A stretch of 64,000 bases of DNA from the NCBI GenBank assembly GCA_051530055.1, contig CM121341.1, positions 7,790,784 to 7,854,783 on the forward strand, given 5' to 3'. Under the pieces are notes generated by a model that searched no databases, had not been told where the DNA came from, and saw only the letters and a program-made list of their open reading frames with translations. Both the position numbers and the translations under genes were made by a program. Origin of the DNA: Neoechinorhynchus agilis (lineage: Eukaryota > Animalia > Acanthocephala). This document shows, piece by piece, positions 38,738 through 50,312 of the stretch (position 1 is its first letter; every line of letters begins with the position of its first letter).

Positions 38738-40346
38738 TCACCATGATTCAAATTGAAGTTTCTGTCCTTCGATTCTCGTTTTCCTCGCTTTTTTCTTAAT
38801 TTCATACTCATTTGTTTCGTCATGATCCGAATCTTCTGAACCCTGAGATTTGTCCGTGGTTTCCAAAGTAGTATTTAGATATCTACCAACACGATTGCCA
38901 AGTATTTCTCGATTTCTTTTCACTGTCGTTCTACAACTTTCTAGTTCCATTCGTAACTCCTCTTCCAACCGCAAGCGTTCATTGTCGAATGGATCAACAT
39001 AGATAATCGTCTCAACAATCTTAACATCAATTCTTGGTTTGTCCTTCTTATTCACATCCAAATCCTCAATCGTCTTAAGCACGCCAAGTCCTCCTACGAC
39101 CCTACCAAAGACACTGTGATTTCCGTCCAATTCCGGTCTCGGTCTATATAAAATAAAAAACTGTGAACGATTGGTGTTTGGACCGGAATTGGCCATACTT
39201 AAGACTCCCCTCGAATCATGCTTCAATTGTTTCGCAATCTCATCTCCAAACGGTTTTCCCCAAGCTGATTGACCACCTTTTCCGCTATTTGTAGGATCAC
39301 CCGTTTGCAATATAAAGTTTTTGATCGAACGAAAAAATAGACAGTCATCGTAGTAGTTCCGTCGGCACAAAAGCATGAAATTATGAACAGTCTTCGGAAC
39401 TATATCCGCATAGAGTTCTAGGTTCAAGTTACCCAATGAAGTCCGTATTTAAAAAAAGATCACCTATTCTCACCAAATGACCTTTTCTTGTCTTTAAACT
39501 AACATAAGCCTTTCGTTTTGTCTTTAATACTCTCGATTGAATGACCGTGTCCTTATCATTCTGCAAAGGTATCAATTCGGTCACTGGCTCAATGACTGTT
39601 GATGTGAGTGAAGCAGCCAATTGTCCCGTTGATATATGAGACGCCATTATCTTCGAAACAGGCCTTTTCTTAATGTCACAATCGTGCTTTTGTTCATTAG
39701 TTTCGTCTAATTGTTTCAATACACACAATGCTTCTACGCTAACGTTATTGAGACATGAAGATTTATCTAACGGTTCAATTTGATCATTTAAAACAAGTTC
39801 TTGTTTCACATGATAAAAATCGCCGATCTTCTCGTCCAGTTCGAGAGATCGTTTCGGGTCCTGAATCCGTATAATATCTTTCTTTCCCAAGAACGGTGTA
39901 TCACTCAGAAGATCCCGGTAATTCTGAGTCTTTATATTCAACTCATTTACAGCATCTTCGCTAAATACATTGCCACTCGATCGAATCGCAACGATCGGGG
40001 TGTGAGCGTTAAAGACTTTAAACGTGACTGGACAATGAAAATCCCCAGATTCATTTAAATGGAATTTCAAATCGATTATGTCATCTAAGGAGCATTTCTC
40101 TCCATTTATCGGATTTCGTTTATAGTTAGTGATAAACGATCGAACGGACTCTCGATCAAATACGTGTCCATCCGTGCCATAAATTGCGGCGGCTTCCTTA
40201 AATGGCTTAAAAGTGAGAGAACAAACGAAGAATGGTAGATGTGACCGAGGTTTCTTTGGATTTACTGGAGTGCGACCACCGTACACTTCACGCCATTCAG
40301 TACAGGTCAAGTAGAGTTTGTCCTTTTGATGCTGCTTTTTACCCAT
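38738..40346 (-). CDS. PPIL2: RING/U-box E3 ligase cyclophilin PPIL2 (Cyp60)
   Basis: MGKKQHQKDKLYLTCTEW start, Rtf2-like RING blocks and cyclophilin domain (PKTVHNF, RSIKNFILQTGDPT, LSMANSGPNTNRSQFFI). One short intron near 39418-39463. Confidence 0.96.
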
Positions 40347-40569
40347 CTAAAAAGAAAAGTCAATATAAAAGAAGGTTTTAAAAGTAAAAAAGACGTAAAT
40401 AGTGACTTAAAAGTACTAAAAAAAATTTTCTAACAAAGAAACAAGGCTTTAAAATCCAATTGTTTTCAGGGCCGCACAAGATTGTATCGCCGATAAATCG
40501 GATTAAAAAAATCAAACCTTTTTAACTTTTCTACGCCTAAGAAAACAATAAATATGAACAATTCAATAT

Positions 40570-43500
40570 TCAAACAGAAAACTATTCTTTTTTCTCGGTT
40601 AAATGTGAATAATTTCAAAAAAATCGATAAATAGAAGAAATCGAAAAGCGCTCAGGAAAATCATAGTGAATAATTTGAAAAATTAATCTCTTAAATCAAA
40701 ATTATTCTCTTTTTCTCGGCTAAAGATGAATAATTTCAAAAAAATCGATAAATAGAAGAAATCGAAAAGCGCTCAGGAAAATCATAGTGAATAATGTGAA
40801 AAATTAATATCTTAAATAAAAATTATTCTCTTTTTCTCGGTTGAAGATGAATAATTTCAAAAAATCGATTAATTGAAGAAATCGAGAAGCGCTCAGCAAA
40901 ATCATAGTGAATAATGTGAAAAATTAATCTCTTAAATCAAAATTATTCTCTTTTTCTCGGTTAAAGATGAATAATTTCAAAAAAATCGATTAATAGAAGA
41001 AATCGAAAAGCGCTCAGGAAAATCATAGTGAATAATGTGAAAAATTAATCTCTTAAATCAAAATTATTCTCTTTTTCTCGGTTAAAGATGAATAATTTCA
41101 AAAAAATCGATTAATTGAAGAAATCGAAAAGCGCTCAGGAAAATCATAGTGAATAATGTGAAAAATTAATCTCTTAAATCAAAATTATTCTCTTTTTCTC
41201 GGTTAAAGATGAATAATTTAAAAAAATCGATTAATTGAAGAAATCGAAAAGCGCTCAGGAAAATCATAGTGAATAATGTGAAAAATTAATCTCTTAAATC
41301 AAAATTATTCTCTTTTTCTCGGTTAAAGATGAATAATTTCAAAAAATCGATTAATAGAAGAAATCGAAAAGCGCTCAGGAAAATCATAGTGAATAATGTG
41401 AAAAATTAATCTCTTAAATCAAAATTATTCTCTTTTTCTCGGTTAAAGATGAATAATTTCAAAAAAATCGATTAATTGAAGAAATCGAAAAGCGCTCAGG
41501 AAAATCATAGTGAATAATGTGAAAAATTAATCTCTTAAATCAAAATTATTCTCTTTTTCTCGGTTAAAGATGAATAATTTCAAAAAAATCGATTAATAGA
41601 AGAAATCGAAAAGCGCTCAGGAAAATCATAGTGAATAATGTGAAAAATTAATCTCTTAAATCAAAATTATTCTCTTTTTCTCGGTTAAAGATGAATAATT
41701 TCAAAAAAATCGATTAATAGAAGAAATCGAAAAGCGCTCAGGAAAATCATAGTGAATAATGTGAAAAATTAATCTCTTAAATCAAAATTATTCTCTTTTT
41801 CTCGGTTAAAGATGAATAATTTCAAAAAAATCGATTAATTGAAGAAATCGAAAAGCGCTCAGAATATAGTGAATAATGTGAAAAATTAATTTTAAATAAA
41901 ATTATTTCTTCTCGTTAAAGATGAATAATTTCAAAAAATCGATTAATAGAAGAAATCGAAAAGCGCTCAGGAAAATCATAGTGAATAATGTGAAAAATTA
42001 ATCTCTTAAATCAAAATTATTCTCTTTTTCTCGGTTAAAGATGAATAATTTCAAAAAAATCGATTAATAGAAGAAATCGAAAAGCGCTCAGGAAAATCAT
42101 AGTGAATAATGTGAAAAATTAATCTCTTAAATCAAAATTATTCTCTTTTTCTCGGTTAAAGATGAATAATTTCAAAAAAATCGATTAATTGAAGAAATCG
42201 AAAAGCGCTCAGGAAAATCATAGTGAATAATGTGAAAAATTAATCTCTTAAATCAAAATTATTCTCTTTTTCTCGGTTAAAGATGAATAATTTCAAAAAA
42301 ACGATTAATTGAAGAAATCGAAAAGCGCTCAGGAAAATCATAGTGAATAATGTGAAAAATTAATCTCTTAAATCAAAATTATTCTCTTTTTCTCGGTTAA
42401 AGATGAATAATTTCAAAAAAATCGATTAATTGAAGAAATCGAAAAGCGCTCAGGAAAATCATAGTGAATAATGTGAAAAATTAATCTCTTAAATCAAAAT
42501 TATTCTCTTTTTCTCGGTTAAAGATGAATAATTTCAAAAAAATCGATTAATTGAAGAAATCGAAAAGCGCTCAGGAAAATCATAGTGAATAATGTGAAAA
42601 ATTAATCTCTTAAATCAAAATTATTCTCTTTTTCTCGGTTAAAGATGAATAATTTCAAAAAAATCGATTAATAGAAGAAATCGAAAAGCGCTCAGGAAAA
42701 TCATAGTGAATAATGTGAAAAATTAATCTCTTAAATCAAAATTATTCTCTTTTCTCGGTTAAAGATGAATAATTTCAAAAAATCGATTAATTGAAGAAAT
42801 CGAAAAGCGCTCAGGAAAATCATAGTGAATAATGTGAAAAATTAATCTCTTAAATCAAAATTATTCTCTTTTTCTCGGTTAAAGATGAATAATTTCAAAA
42901 AATCGATTAATAGAAGAAATCGAAAAGCGCTCAGGAAAATCATAGTGAATAATGTGAAAAATTAATCTCTTAAATCAAAATTATTCTCTTTTTCTCGGTT
43001 AAAGGTGAATAATTTCAAAAAATCGATTAATTGAAGAAATCGAAAAGCGCTCAGGAAAATCATAGTGAATAATGTGAAAAATTAATCTCTTAAATCAAAA
43101 TTATTCTCTTTTTCTCGGTTAAAGATGAATAATTTCAAAAAAATCGATTAATTGAAGAAATCGAAAAGCGCTCAGGAAAATCATAGTGAATAATGTGAAA
43201 AATTAATCTCTTAAATCAAAATTATTCTCTTTTTCTCGGTTAAAGATGAATAATTTCAAAAAAATCGATTAATTGAAGAAATCGAAAAGCGCTCAGGAAA
43301 ATCATAGTGAATAATGTGAAAAATTAATCTCTTAAATCAAAATTATTCTCTTTTTCTCGGTTAAAGATGAATAATTTCAAAAAAATCGATTAATTGAAGA
43401 AATCGAAAAGCGCTCAGGAAAATCATAGTGAATAATGTGAAAAATTAATCTCTTAAATCAAAATTATTCTCTTTTTCTCGGTTAAAGATGAATAATTTCA

Positions 43501-44400
43501 AAAAAATCGATTAATAGAAGAAATCGAAAAGCGCTCAGGAAAATCATAGTGAATAATGTTAAAAATTAATCTCTTAAATCAAAATTATTCTCTTTTTCTC
43601 GGTTAAAGATGAATAATTTCAAAAAAATCGATTAATTGAAGAAATCGAAAAGCGCTCAGGAAAATCATAGTGAATAATGTGAAAAATTAATCTCTTAAAT
43701 CAAAATTATTCTCTTTTTCTCGGTTAAAGATGAATAATTTCAAAAAAATCGATTAATAGAAGAAATCGAAAAGCGCTCAGGAAAATCATAGTGAATAATG
43801 TGAAAAATTAATCTCTTAAATCAAAATTATTCTCTTTTTCTCGGTTAAATGTGAATAATTTAAAAAAATCGATTAATTGAAGAAATCGAAAAGCGCTCAG
43901 GAAAATCATAGTGAATAATGTGAAAAATTAATCTCTTAAATCAAAATTATTCTCTTTTTCTCGGTTAAAGATGAATAATTTCAAAAAAATCGATTAATAG
44001 AAGAAATCGAAAAGCGCTCAGGAAAATCATAGTGAATAATGTGAAAAATTAATCTCTTAAATCAAAATTATTCTCTTTTTCTCGGTTAAAGATGAATAAT
44101 TTCAAAAAAATCGATTAATTGAAGAATTCGAAAAGCGCTCAGGAAAATCATAGTGAATAATGTTAAAAATTAATCTCTTAAATCAAAATTATTCTCTTTT
44201 TCTCGGTTAAAGATGAATAATTTCAAAAAAATCGATTAATTGAAGAAATCGAAAAGCGCTCAGGAAAATCATAGTGAATAATGTTAAAAATTAATCTCTT
44301 AAATCAAAATTATTCTCCTTTTCTCGGTTAAAGATGAATAATTTCAAAAAAATCGATTAATTGAAGAATTCGAAAAGCGCTCATGGAAATCATAGTGAAT
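40570..44400. repeat. Tandem satellite G (~120 bp unit, ~31 copies, highly homogeneous)
   Basis: GAAATCGAAAAGCGCTCAGGAAAATCATAGTGAATAATGTG recurs every ~120-121 bp. Confidence 0.98.
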
Positions 44401-44569
44401 AATCGAGCAAAAAGCGGATATTGATCAGGTCTTCCGTGCTTTTACGATTCTCGTTTGATCTTTTGAACGTCGATGAAAAACTGCATTGAATTTCCGTCTT
44501 TATTGTGTATTTCGATTTCCCTATCGATCTTTATTCTATTAATAATGAATTTCGGATGAACATTTTAAT

Positions 44570-44740
44570 CCTCCATTGCCTAGAGGATGCAGCATTCCCT
44601 TTCTGAATCGCTGATTTTCTGATAAAAACAGTTGGCTGCTTTGTGGTCCTTTGTTGCTGTTGCTAACAACCAAACATTTTAAGCGAACCGAAAACACCAG
44701 GAGAGGATCCGAAACAAAGGGAAATTGTTCGCTTGATAGA
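44570..44740 (-). mobile_element. Highly degraded CRE-clade RLE relic
   Basis: Minus strand contains SAIQKGNAAS and PGVFGSLKMF, resembling VAIQRGNAAS and ETLGALG. Confidence 0.4.
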
Positions 44741-44770
44741 CCGATTGACCGATAGAGATTATCTCATTGA

Positions 44771-45115
44771 GTCATTGGCGATATTCTTCATCTCTTTAAG
44801 TGTTTCCTCTTCACATCTTTCCTCAGTGTATGAACAATCCGCTCCGTAGCCCACAAGGATTAATTTGTCCGGTTTTTTCTTCAAAATCCTTTACTCGCTT
44901 GTCTCTGATGCCGCATAACCTTTTCAGAAAATCTTTATCCTCATCGCGAATGATTTCTTTAATCTTTTCTAAGATTTCCTCGCAATCAGCAGATTTCAAA
45001 TGATCGGGGCTTTCCGAACAAATTAATCCTTGTGGGCTACGGAGCGGATTGTTCATACACTGAGGAAAGATGTGAAGAGGAAACACTTAAAGAGATGAAG
45101 AATATCGCCAATGAC
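44771..45115. repeat. Perfect 98 bp inverted repeat (44771-44868 / 45018-45115) with 149 bp spacer
   Basis: GTCATTGGCGATATTCTTC...GGATTAATTTGT is the exact reverse complement of ACAAATTAATCC...GAATATCGCCAATGAC. Confidence 0.95.
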
Positions 45116-45367
45116 CAAAAATACAACGGAACTATCGGAGTTTATGAAGTCAACGATGAAAAGTTAAAGAATAAATATTTTATCGGAGCTTTGGATATCA
45201 AATCGAAAATCGGCAAGCCGATATATCGTGGTCCAAAGGAATATAATAAGACGGAATTTGTGAACGATGTTGATTATTTCTACGATCTTTATCGTCAAGG
45301 ACTTCTTTCTAATCAAACGGACAGAGCCTTAGCGCCATTAAGTTTCGATAGCCGTTTAAATCGATAG
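44771..45367. pseudogene. Rearranged coding fragment with thioredoxin-like character
   Basis: Spacer (minus) encodes ADCEEILEKIKEI...FEEK. Arm plus tail (plus) encodes KLILVGYGADC..RCEEETLKEMKNIA..GTIGVYEVNDEKL..KPIYRG. Confidence 0.4.
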
Positions 45368-45649
45368 TAAAAAATAGTTTGGCATTCATTTTGTTTTGAA
45401 TGGTAATTTTAAAATGATCACTAACACATAAAATGTTCTCAAAGAAGCAGAAATCTTTTCTTTAGTCCCACCGAAAAAAAGGTTTTATCTTCTTTTATGG
45501 ATTTTTTTCATAAAACATCGACGAGATTGCAACTTTTATAAATTTTAAACATTATTAAATAAAATTTTTTAGGTTGAACGCAAAGTAGCAAAATTCTAAA
45601 ATACCAATAATTTATTTCTACACAAAAAAAGAGCACCTAAAAAACGATT

Positions 45650-46190
45650 TCATTTACCCTCTCAAAAACAAACCCTCGTCTTTATCTTCTCAAACTCCTC
45701 CGGCGTCTCGGCGTATCCCCTAAACACCTTGCCCACTTTTATCCTTCTGCCATACTCCCTTTCCTTACACTTTCCCCACTTTTCTCACCGCCAATGCTCT
45801 CCATTCCCTCGAAAGCTTTTACAAGAGAGCAGCGAGAATATGCGGGATTTCACTTTCTCCCCTCGACGCCCACCTCCACCCCATTCTCTCCAAAAACGCC
45901 CTCCGTCTTCTTCAAACCCCTCCACCCCGGAACCCCAACCTTTATCATACCCCCTCGCTCGTACCACCCTCTACCAAAAATCTTTCCTTCCCCAAACCCA
46001 ATCTTTCCTTAACAACCGGGGAACAAGGAAAGACTCCCAATCGGTCATTCTCCTGTAAAACTCCTTCAAAGACAAGTCCCACCTCCCTTGTCTCCAACAT
46101 TCGACAACCAGACACCGTTCAGCAAAGATAGATGCTGGCAAGTGTATGGATCGTTCTTCTTAATTAATAAAACGTTTTTATATAACCCCC
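45650..46190 (+). mobile_element. L2/CR1-clade LINE 3' fragment
   Basis: SKTNPRLYLLKLLRRLGVSPKHLAHFY, LHSLESFYKRAARICG and PRSRTTLYQKSFLP, with frameshifts; C-rich plus strand. Confidence 0.75.
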
Positions 46191-47232
46191 CTCCGCCGGA
46201 TACAAAAATGTTTCATTGAGATATTTCGAAAGAAGAAGCCTCGTCAGTTATTGTTTCGGAAATTTTTGCACAATACGTACAAAATATTTGGTCCGGAAAT
46301 TATGATCACTACATCTTTCTAAACTCAATAGAGTTCAACCCCTCCCTCTTAAAGAAAACATTGAGTAGTGTAATTATTGCTCATCTTTTAACATTCGATT
46401 TTGACACATACAAGCAGATCATTGATTGAAAATGTTAGTGCCGCAGTTGCAAATGACGGCTCTGCTGGGTTTCGATCCCCTCGCTCGTACCACCCTCTAC
46501 CAAAAATCTTTCCTCCCCCCAAGCCCAATCTTTCCTTAATAACCGGAGAACAAGGAAAAACTCCCAATCGGTCATTCTCCTGTAAAACTCCTTCAAAGAC
46601 AAGTCCCACCTCCCTTGTCTCCAACATTCGACATCCAGACACCGTTCAGCAAAGATAGATGCTGGCAAGTGTATGGATCGTTCTTCTTAATTAATAAAAC
46701 GTTTTTATATAATCCCCCTCCGCCGGATACAAAAATGTTTCATTGAGATATTTCGAAAGAAGAAGCCTCGTCAGTTATTGTTTCGGAAATTTTTGCACAA
46801 TACGTACAAAATATTTGGTCCGGAAATTATGATCACTACATCTTTCTAAACTCAATAGAGTTCAACCCCTCCCTCTTAAAGAAAACATTGAGTAGTGTAA
46901 TTATTGCTCATCTTTTAACATTCGATTTTGACACATACAAGCAGATCATTGATTGAAAATGTTAGTGCCGCAGTTGCAAATGACGGCTCTGCTGGGTTTC
47001 GATCCCCTCGCTCGTACCACCCTCTACCAAAAATCTTTCCTTCCCCAAACCCAATCTTTCCTTAACAACCGGGGAACAAGGAAAGACTCCCAATCGGTCA
47101 TTCTCCTGTAAAACTCCTTCAAAGACAAGTCCCACCTCCCTTGTCTCCAACATTCGACAACCAGACACCGTTCAGCAAAGATAGATGCTGGCAAGTGTAT
47201 GGATCCTGCCTTTTCTTAAATTAATAAAACGT
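45950..47232. repeat. Tandem triplication (~527 bp period, ~2.5 copies) including the LINE 3' end
   Basis: CCCCTCGCTCGTACCACCCTCTACC at ~45952, ~46478 and ~47005. AGTGTATGGATC recurs with 527 and 526 bp spacing. Confidence 0.92.
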
Positions 47233-47289
47233 CCGAACGAACATCCCTCGACTGGATATTCCCATCCCAACGGATACAGATTTATTATC

Positions 47290-47425
47290 GAACGAAAAAT
47301 GGGTGTTTTATTTCTTACTTCAAATTCTCGACGCCTTTTCGTCTGGAAGTTTTTCTTCGGTTATCTGAAAAGGAATCAGAGGAGGACAGCAAGGCGTCGA
47401 AAAATTGAAACACCCATTTTTGGAA
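47290..47425. mobile_element. Short dispersed MITE-like element (relative at ~24200-24300)
   Basis: AAAAATGGGTGTTT ... AAACACCCATTTTT inverted ends. The core CTGAAAAGGAATCAGAGGAGG is shared with ~24282. Confidence 0.5.
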
Positions 47426-48578
47426 CAAAGAATCTTGGATATTTTTCCAAATAAAGTAGTTTAAAACTAACAGGAAAAGTATTGATGTACCAAAATCGCT
47501 TGTTTTTTTAACGCTTCATAGGCGTTGAATTGTGTAAAAGTTCATTCGGTGGAATTTCCATGACTCAGACCTTATAAAAACAACTTCAATTCGTTTCAAA
47601 AGTGCCTAAAATGGATTAATTTCTCACTATTGAAGCCTAGAGATCATTAGAGACTTGTTTAAACAAAAAATAAGTAATAATCGATCAGAGCGTATTTATT
47701 TGGGTTTCACTGGAATTTTTCCGAGTGGTGTTGGTTACATTTTGTGCCACATATCGTTGATTCGATTTCAGCTTCCATACGTTCATTTTCGCAAATATTA
47801 GAGGATATCGCCGACCGCATTATATCGACCAGAATATGTGATACCTTGGCATGATTCTTCAATGTACATTGTTGGCTCTTATTTCTTGGCTTTTTTCCTC
47901 TTTTTCTTCGTGCCACAATTTGAACACTTGTCGACTTAATGGTTTTTATTGCTTTTGTTTGCCTTAAAACGGTCCTAGACGATTGCGATTCGTTCAAATG
48001 ACGCTCTGATTCCACTGTTGGCATTGTCCTCGCCACAGTCTTTTTCCTGACAAAAATATTCATTATGACCCAAAAGTGATGTTCAATTGCAAATTAGTGA
48101 CTAATTTGTACATCGAAAAGGAGACAATGAGAAGGCAGAGGACCCAAAAAAAGAAACCATTAGTCAGTTCTTTTTCTGGATCTTCAACATTAGTCGCTCA
48201 TGCTGCTTCAACGAGATGTCTCCGCCTTTTGAACACATACGCTAAAAACAAATTTTTTTAAAAAAAAGTACTTTCACATCTGAATTTGTTCCATTGTGAT
48301 TTTTAAAACAAGAGTACTTATGCTTTATAAATTAAATCTTGCCGTTTTATTTTAAATAAGAATTTCTTAACAACCCCATGAGTCGGTTAAATCCGCGAAA
48401 TTTAAATTAATCTTCTGGGAGTAATTTTACGCTTACAAATCTCGATTTAATCATTAAATCTTTCAATACTCAAGCGGACGAGGATAACTCTTCAAAAGAG
48501 CTTCACAGGATTCGAGTGCTTAAACTTAAATATAATAAATAGAATTTTTATTGATAACTAAAACCTTTTTAGAAGACT

Positions 48579-49135
48579 GAGGAAGCTTCCAATTTTGAAA
48601 TATCTAAATAAACGATTTCTTATCCAAGAGGAATTAAGATTCTAACATCTGAGTCCAGCTTCCAGCCAGGCGCCGGACTCCTTCGAGGAAGCTTCCAATT
48701 TTGAAATATCTAAATAAACGATTTCTTATCCAAGAGGAATTAAGATTCTAACATCTGAGTCCAGCTTCCAGCCAGGCGCCGGACTCCTTCGAGGAAGCTT
48801 CCAATTTTGAAATATCTAAATAAACGATTTCTTATCCAAGAGGAATTAAGATTCTAACATCTGAGTCCAGCTTCCAGCCAGGCGCCGGACTCCTTCGAGG
48901 AAGCTTCCAATTTTGAAATATCTAAATAAACGATTTCTTATCCAAGAGGAATTAAGATTCTAACATCTGAGTCCAGCTTCCAGCCAGGCGCCGGACTCCT
49001 TCGAGGAAGCTTCCAATTTTGAAATATCTAAATAAACGATTTCTTATCCAAGAGGAATTAAGATTCTAACATCTGAGTCCAGCTTCCAGCCAGGCGCCGG
49101 GCTCCTTCGAGGAAGCTTCCAATTTTGAAATATCT
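48579..49135. repeat. Near-perfect tandem repeat H (106 bp x5.3) containing a CRE-like coding fragment
   Basis: GAGGAAGCTTCC at 48579, 48685, 48791, 48897, 49003 and 49109. Minus strand reads SKLEASSKE(S/P)GAWLEA. Confidence 0.95.
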
Positions 49136-49851
49136 TACCTGACTGAGGGGGTTTACCCGACGTCTGTCCAAGAAGACCATCTTTCCTGAAATCAATAAAG
49201 TATAAAAGCCCTGGTCGATGTAGTTTCATACGGCATCTCGATATATTGGCCATAAACAAATCGTCATTTCATTGAGCTTTAAATGAAAAAAATATTTAAC
49301 ATTGGGTGCTTATTAATCCGACACAAACCTTCATTCGTTATTTGTTACAAATTGATTGTTTCTTGATCTCGCAATAACAAACATTAAAATGAGACGATCC
49401 GCTGAACCGACGTTATTTGTCAATAAACAGTTGGGTTTTTTTGTGCAGTATCTATTCGTGGATCCACTGAGTTTAATGCTGTCAAACTCATGATAAATCC
49501 AAAAAATCCTAGTATTCTCACCTTCCGCGTCAAATTTAAAGAAGCACTATACATACTAATCAAAATTTATTATTTTGAGAAAAAGAGTTCAGCTTTGACA
49601 CATTGACGGGATAGTTTTTAAACTTTGATGTTTGTGCTTGTTTGAGAAGAGTCATAGAAATGAGTGTCAGCAACGAGATGTTAGTGAGCCCAGTGGGTTG
49701 AGACTACAGAATCGAAGCGAGTTTGTGAGATATCACATGAAATAGCTTCACATATCCGACGATCTATGATCACAACCGCATCTCCATTAATATTTCTATT
49801 GTTATTGATAACACCAAACGCATCCATGTAACCTAAGATTGTCCGGGGGCA

Positions 49852-49967
49852 ATAAAGATATTGATTTATTGCGATATTTCGCTGGGCTTTTGAAGTTTAA
49901 TTTTGGATTAATGCTTTAGAATGCCAGATTTGCCCAGCGAAATATCGCAATAAATCAATATCTTTAT
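49852..49967. mobile_element. MITE-like hairpin (perfect 36 bp inverted repeats, 44 bp spacer)
   Basis: ATAAAGATATTGATTTATTGCGATATTTCGCTGGGC (49852-49887) / exact complement (49932-49967). Confidence 0.7.
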
Positions 49968-50312
49968 CGTCCGGAGAGTAAAAGAATCAATAATACCTCC
50001 GAGGAACCTTTTACATTGTTTTTTCTGTCGGTATGTGAGATACCTAGGTGTTCTCTTTATTTTTAGAGACATTTCCAAAAAGCGAATAATTGCCATGAGG
50101 ATTGGTCCCAGATTTTTTTAGAGAAAAGTGTCAATATTACTTTCATTAAGAAATTGATTCGATTGAATTTGAAATGTGTTATTATCACTTATCAAACAAA
50201 TAAAAAGACATAGACTTACAAAAAAATGGAAATCTAAGATTATCTCAACAATCTGTTACTATAGTGAACTCTTTTGATGGTCACGTTTTGCGGCCGCCCT
50301 GTAACTTTCTAG

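Noticed and set aside
39418-39481. Apparent frameshift or non-canonical GT-GG / GT-TG intron in PPIL2
   Set aside because: A canonical 46 nt GT-AG intron (39463-39418) restores the frame (KGHLVRIELYADIVPK). Non-canonical options are not needed, though RNA data would settle it.
46455-46495. tRNA-like GGGTTTCGATCCCC...ACCA
   Set aside because: It is created by the triplication junction with the LINE tail. There is no acceptor stem, D-arm or anticodon arm.
46149-47205. Triplication breakpoints at GATC suggesting a restriction or Hi-C chimera
   Set aside because: Homology of the third copy continues past GATC to TTAATAAAACGT (~47232), so GATC is not the true junction.
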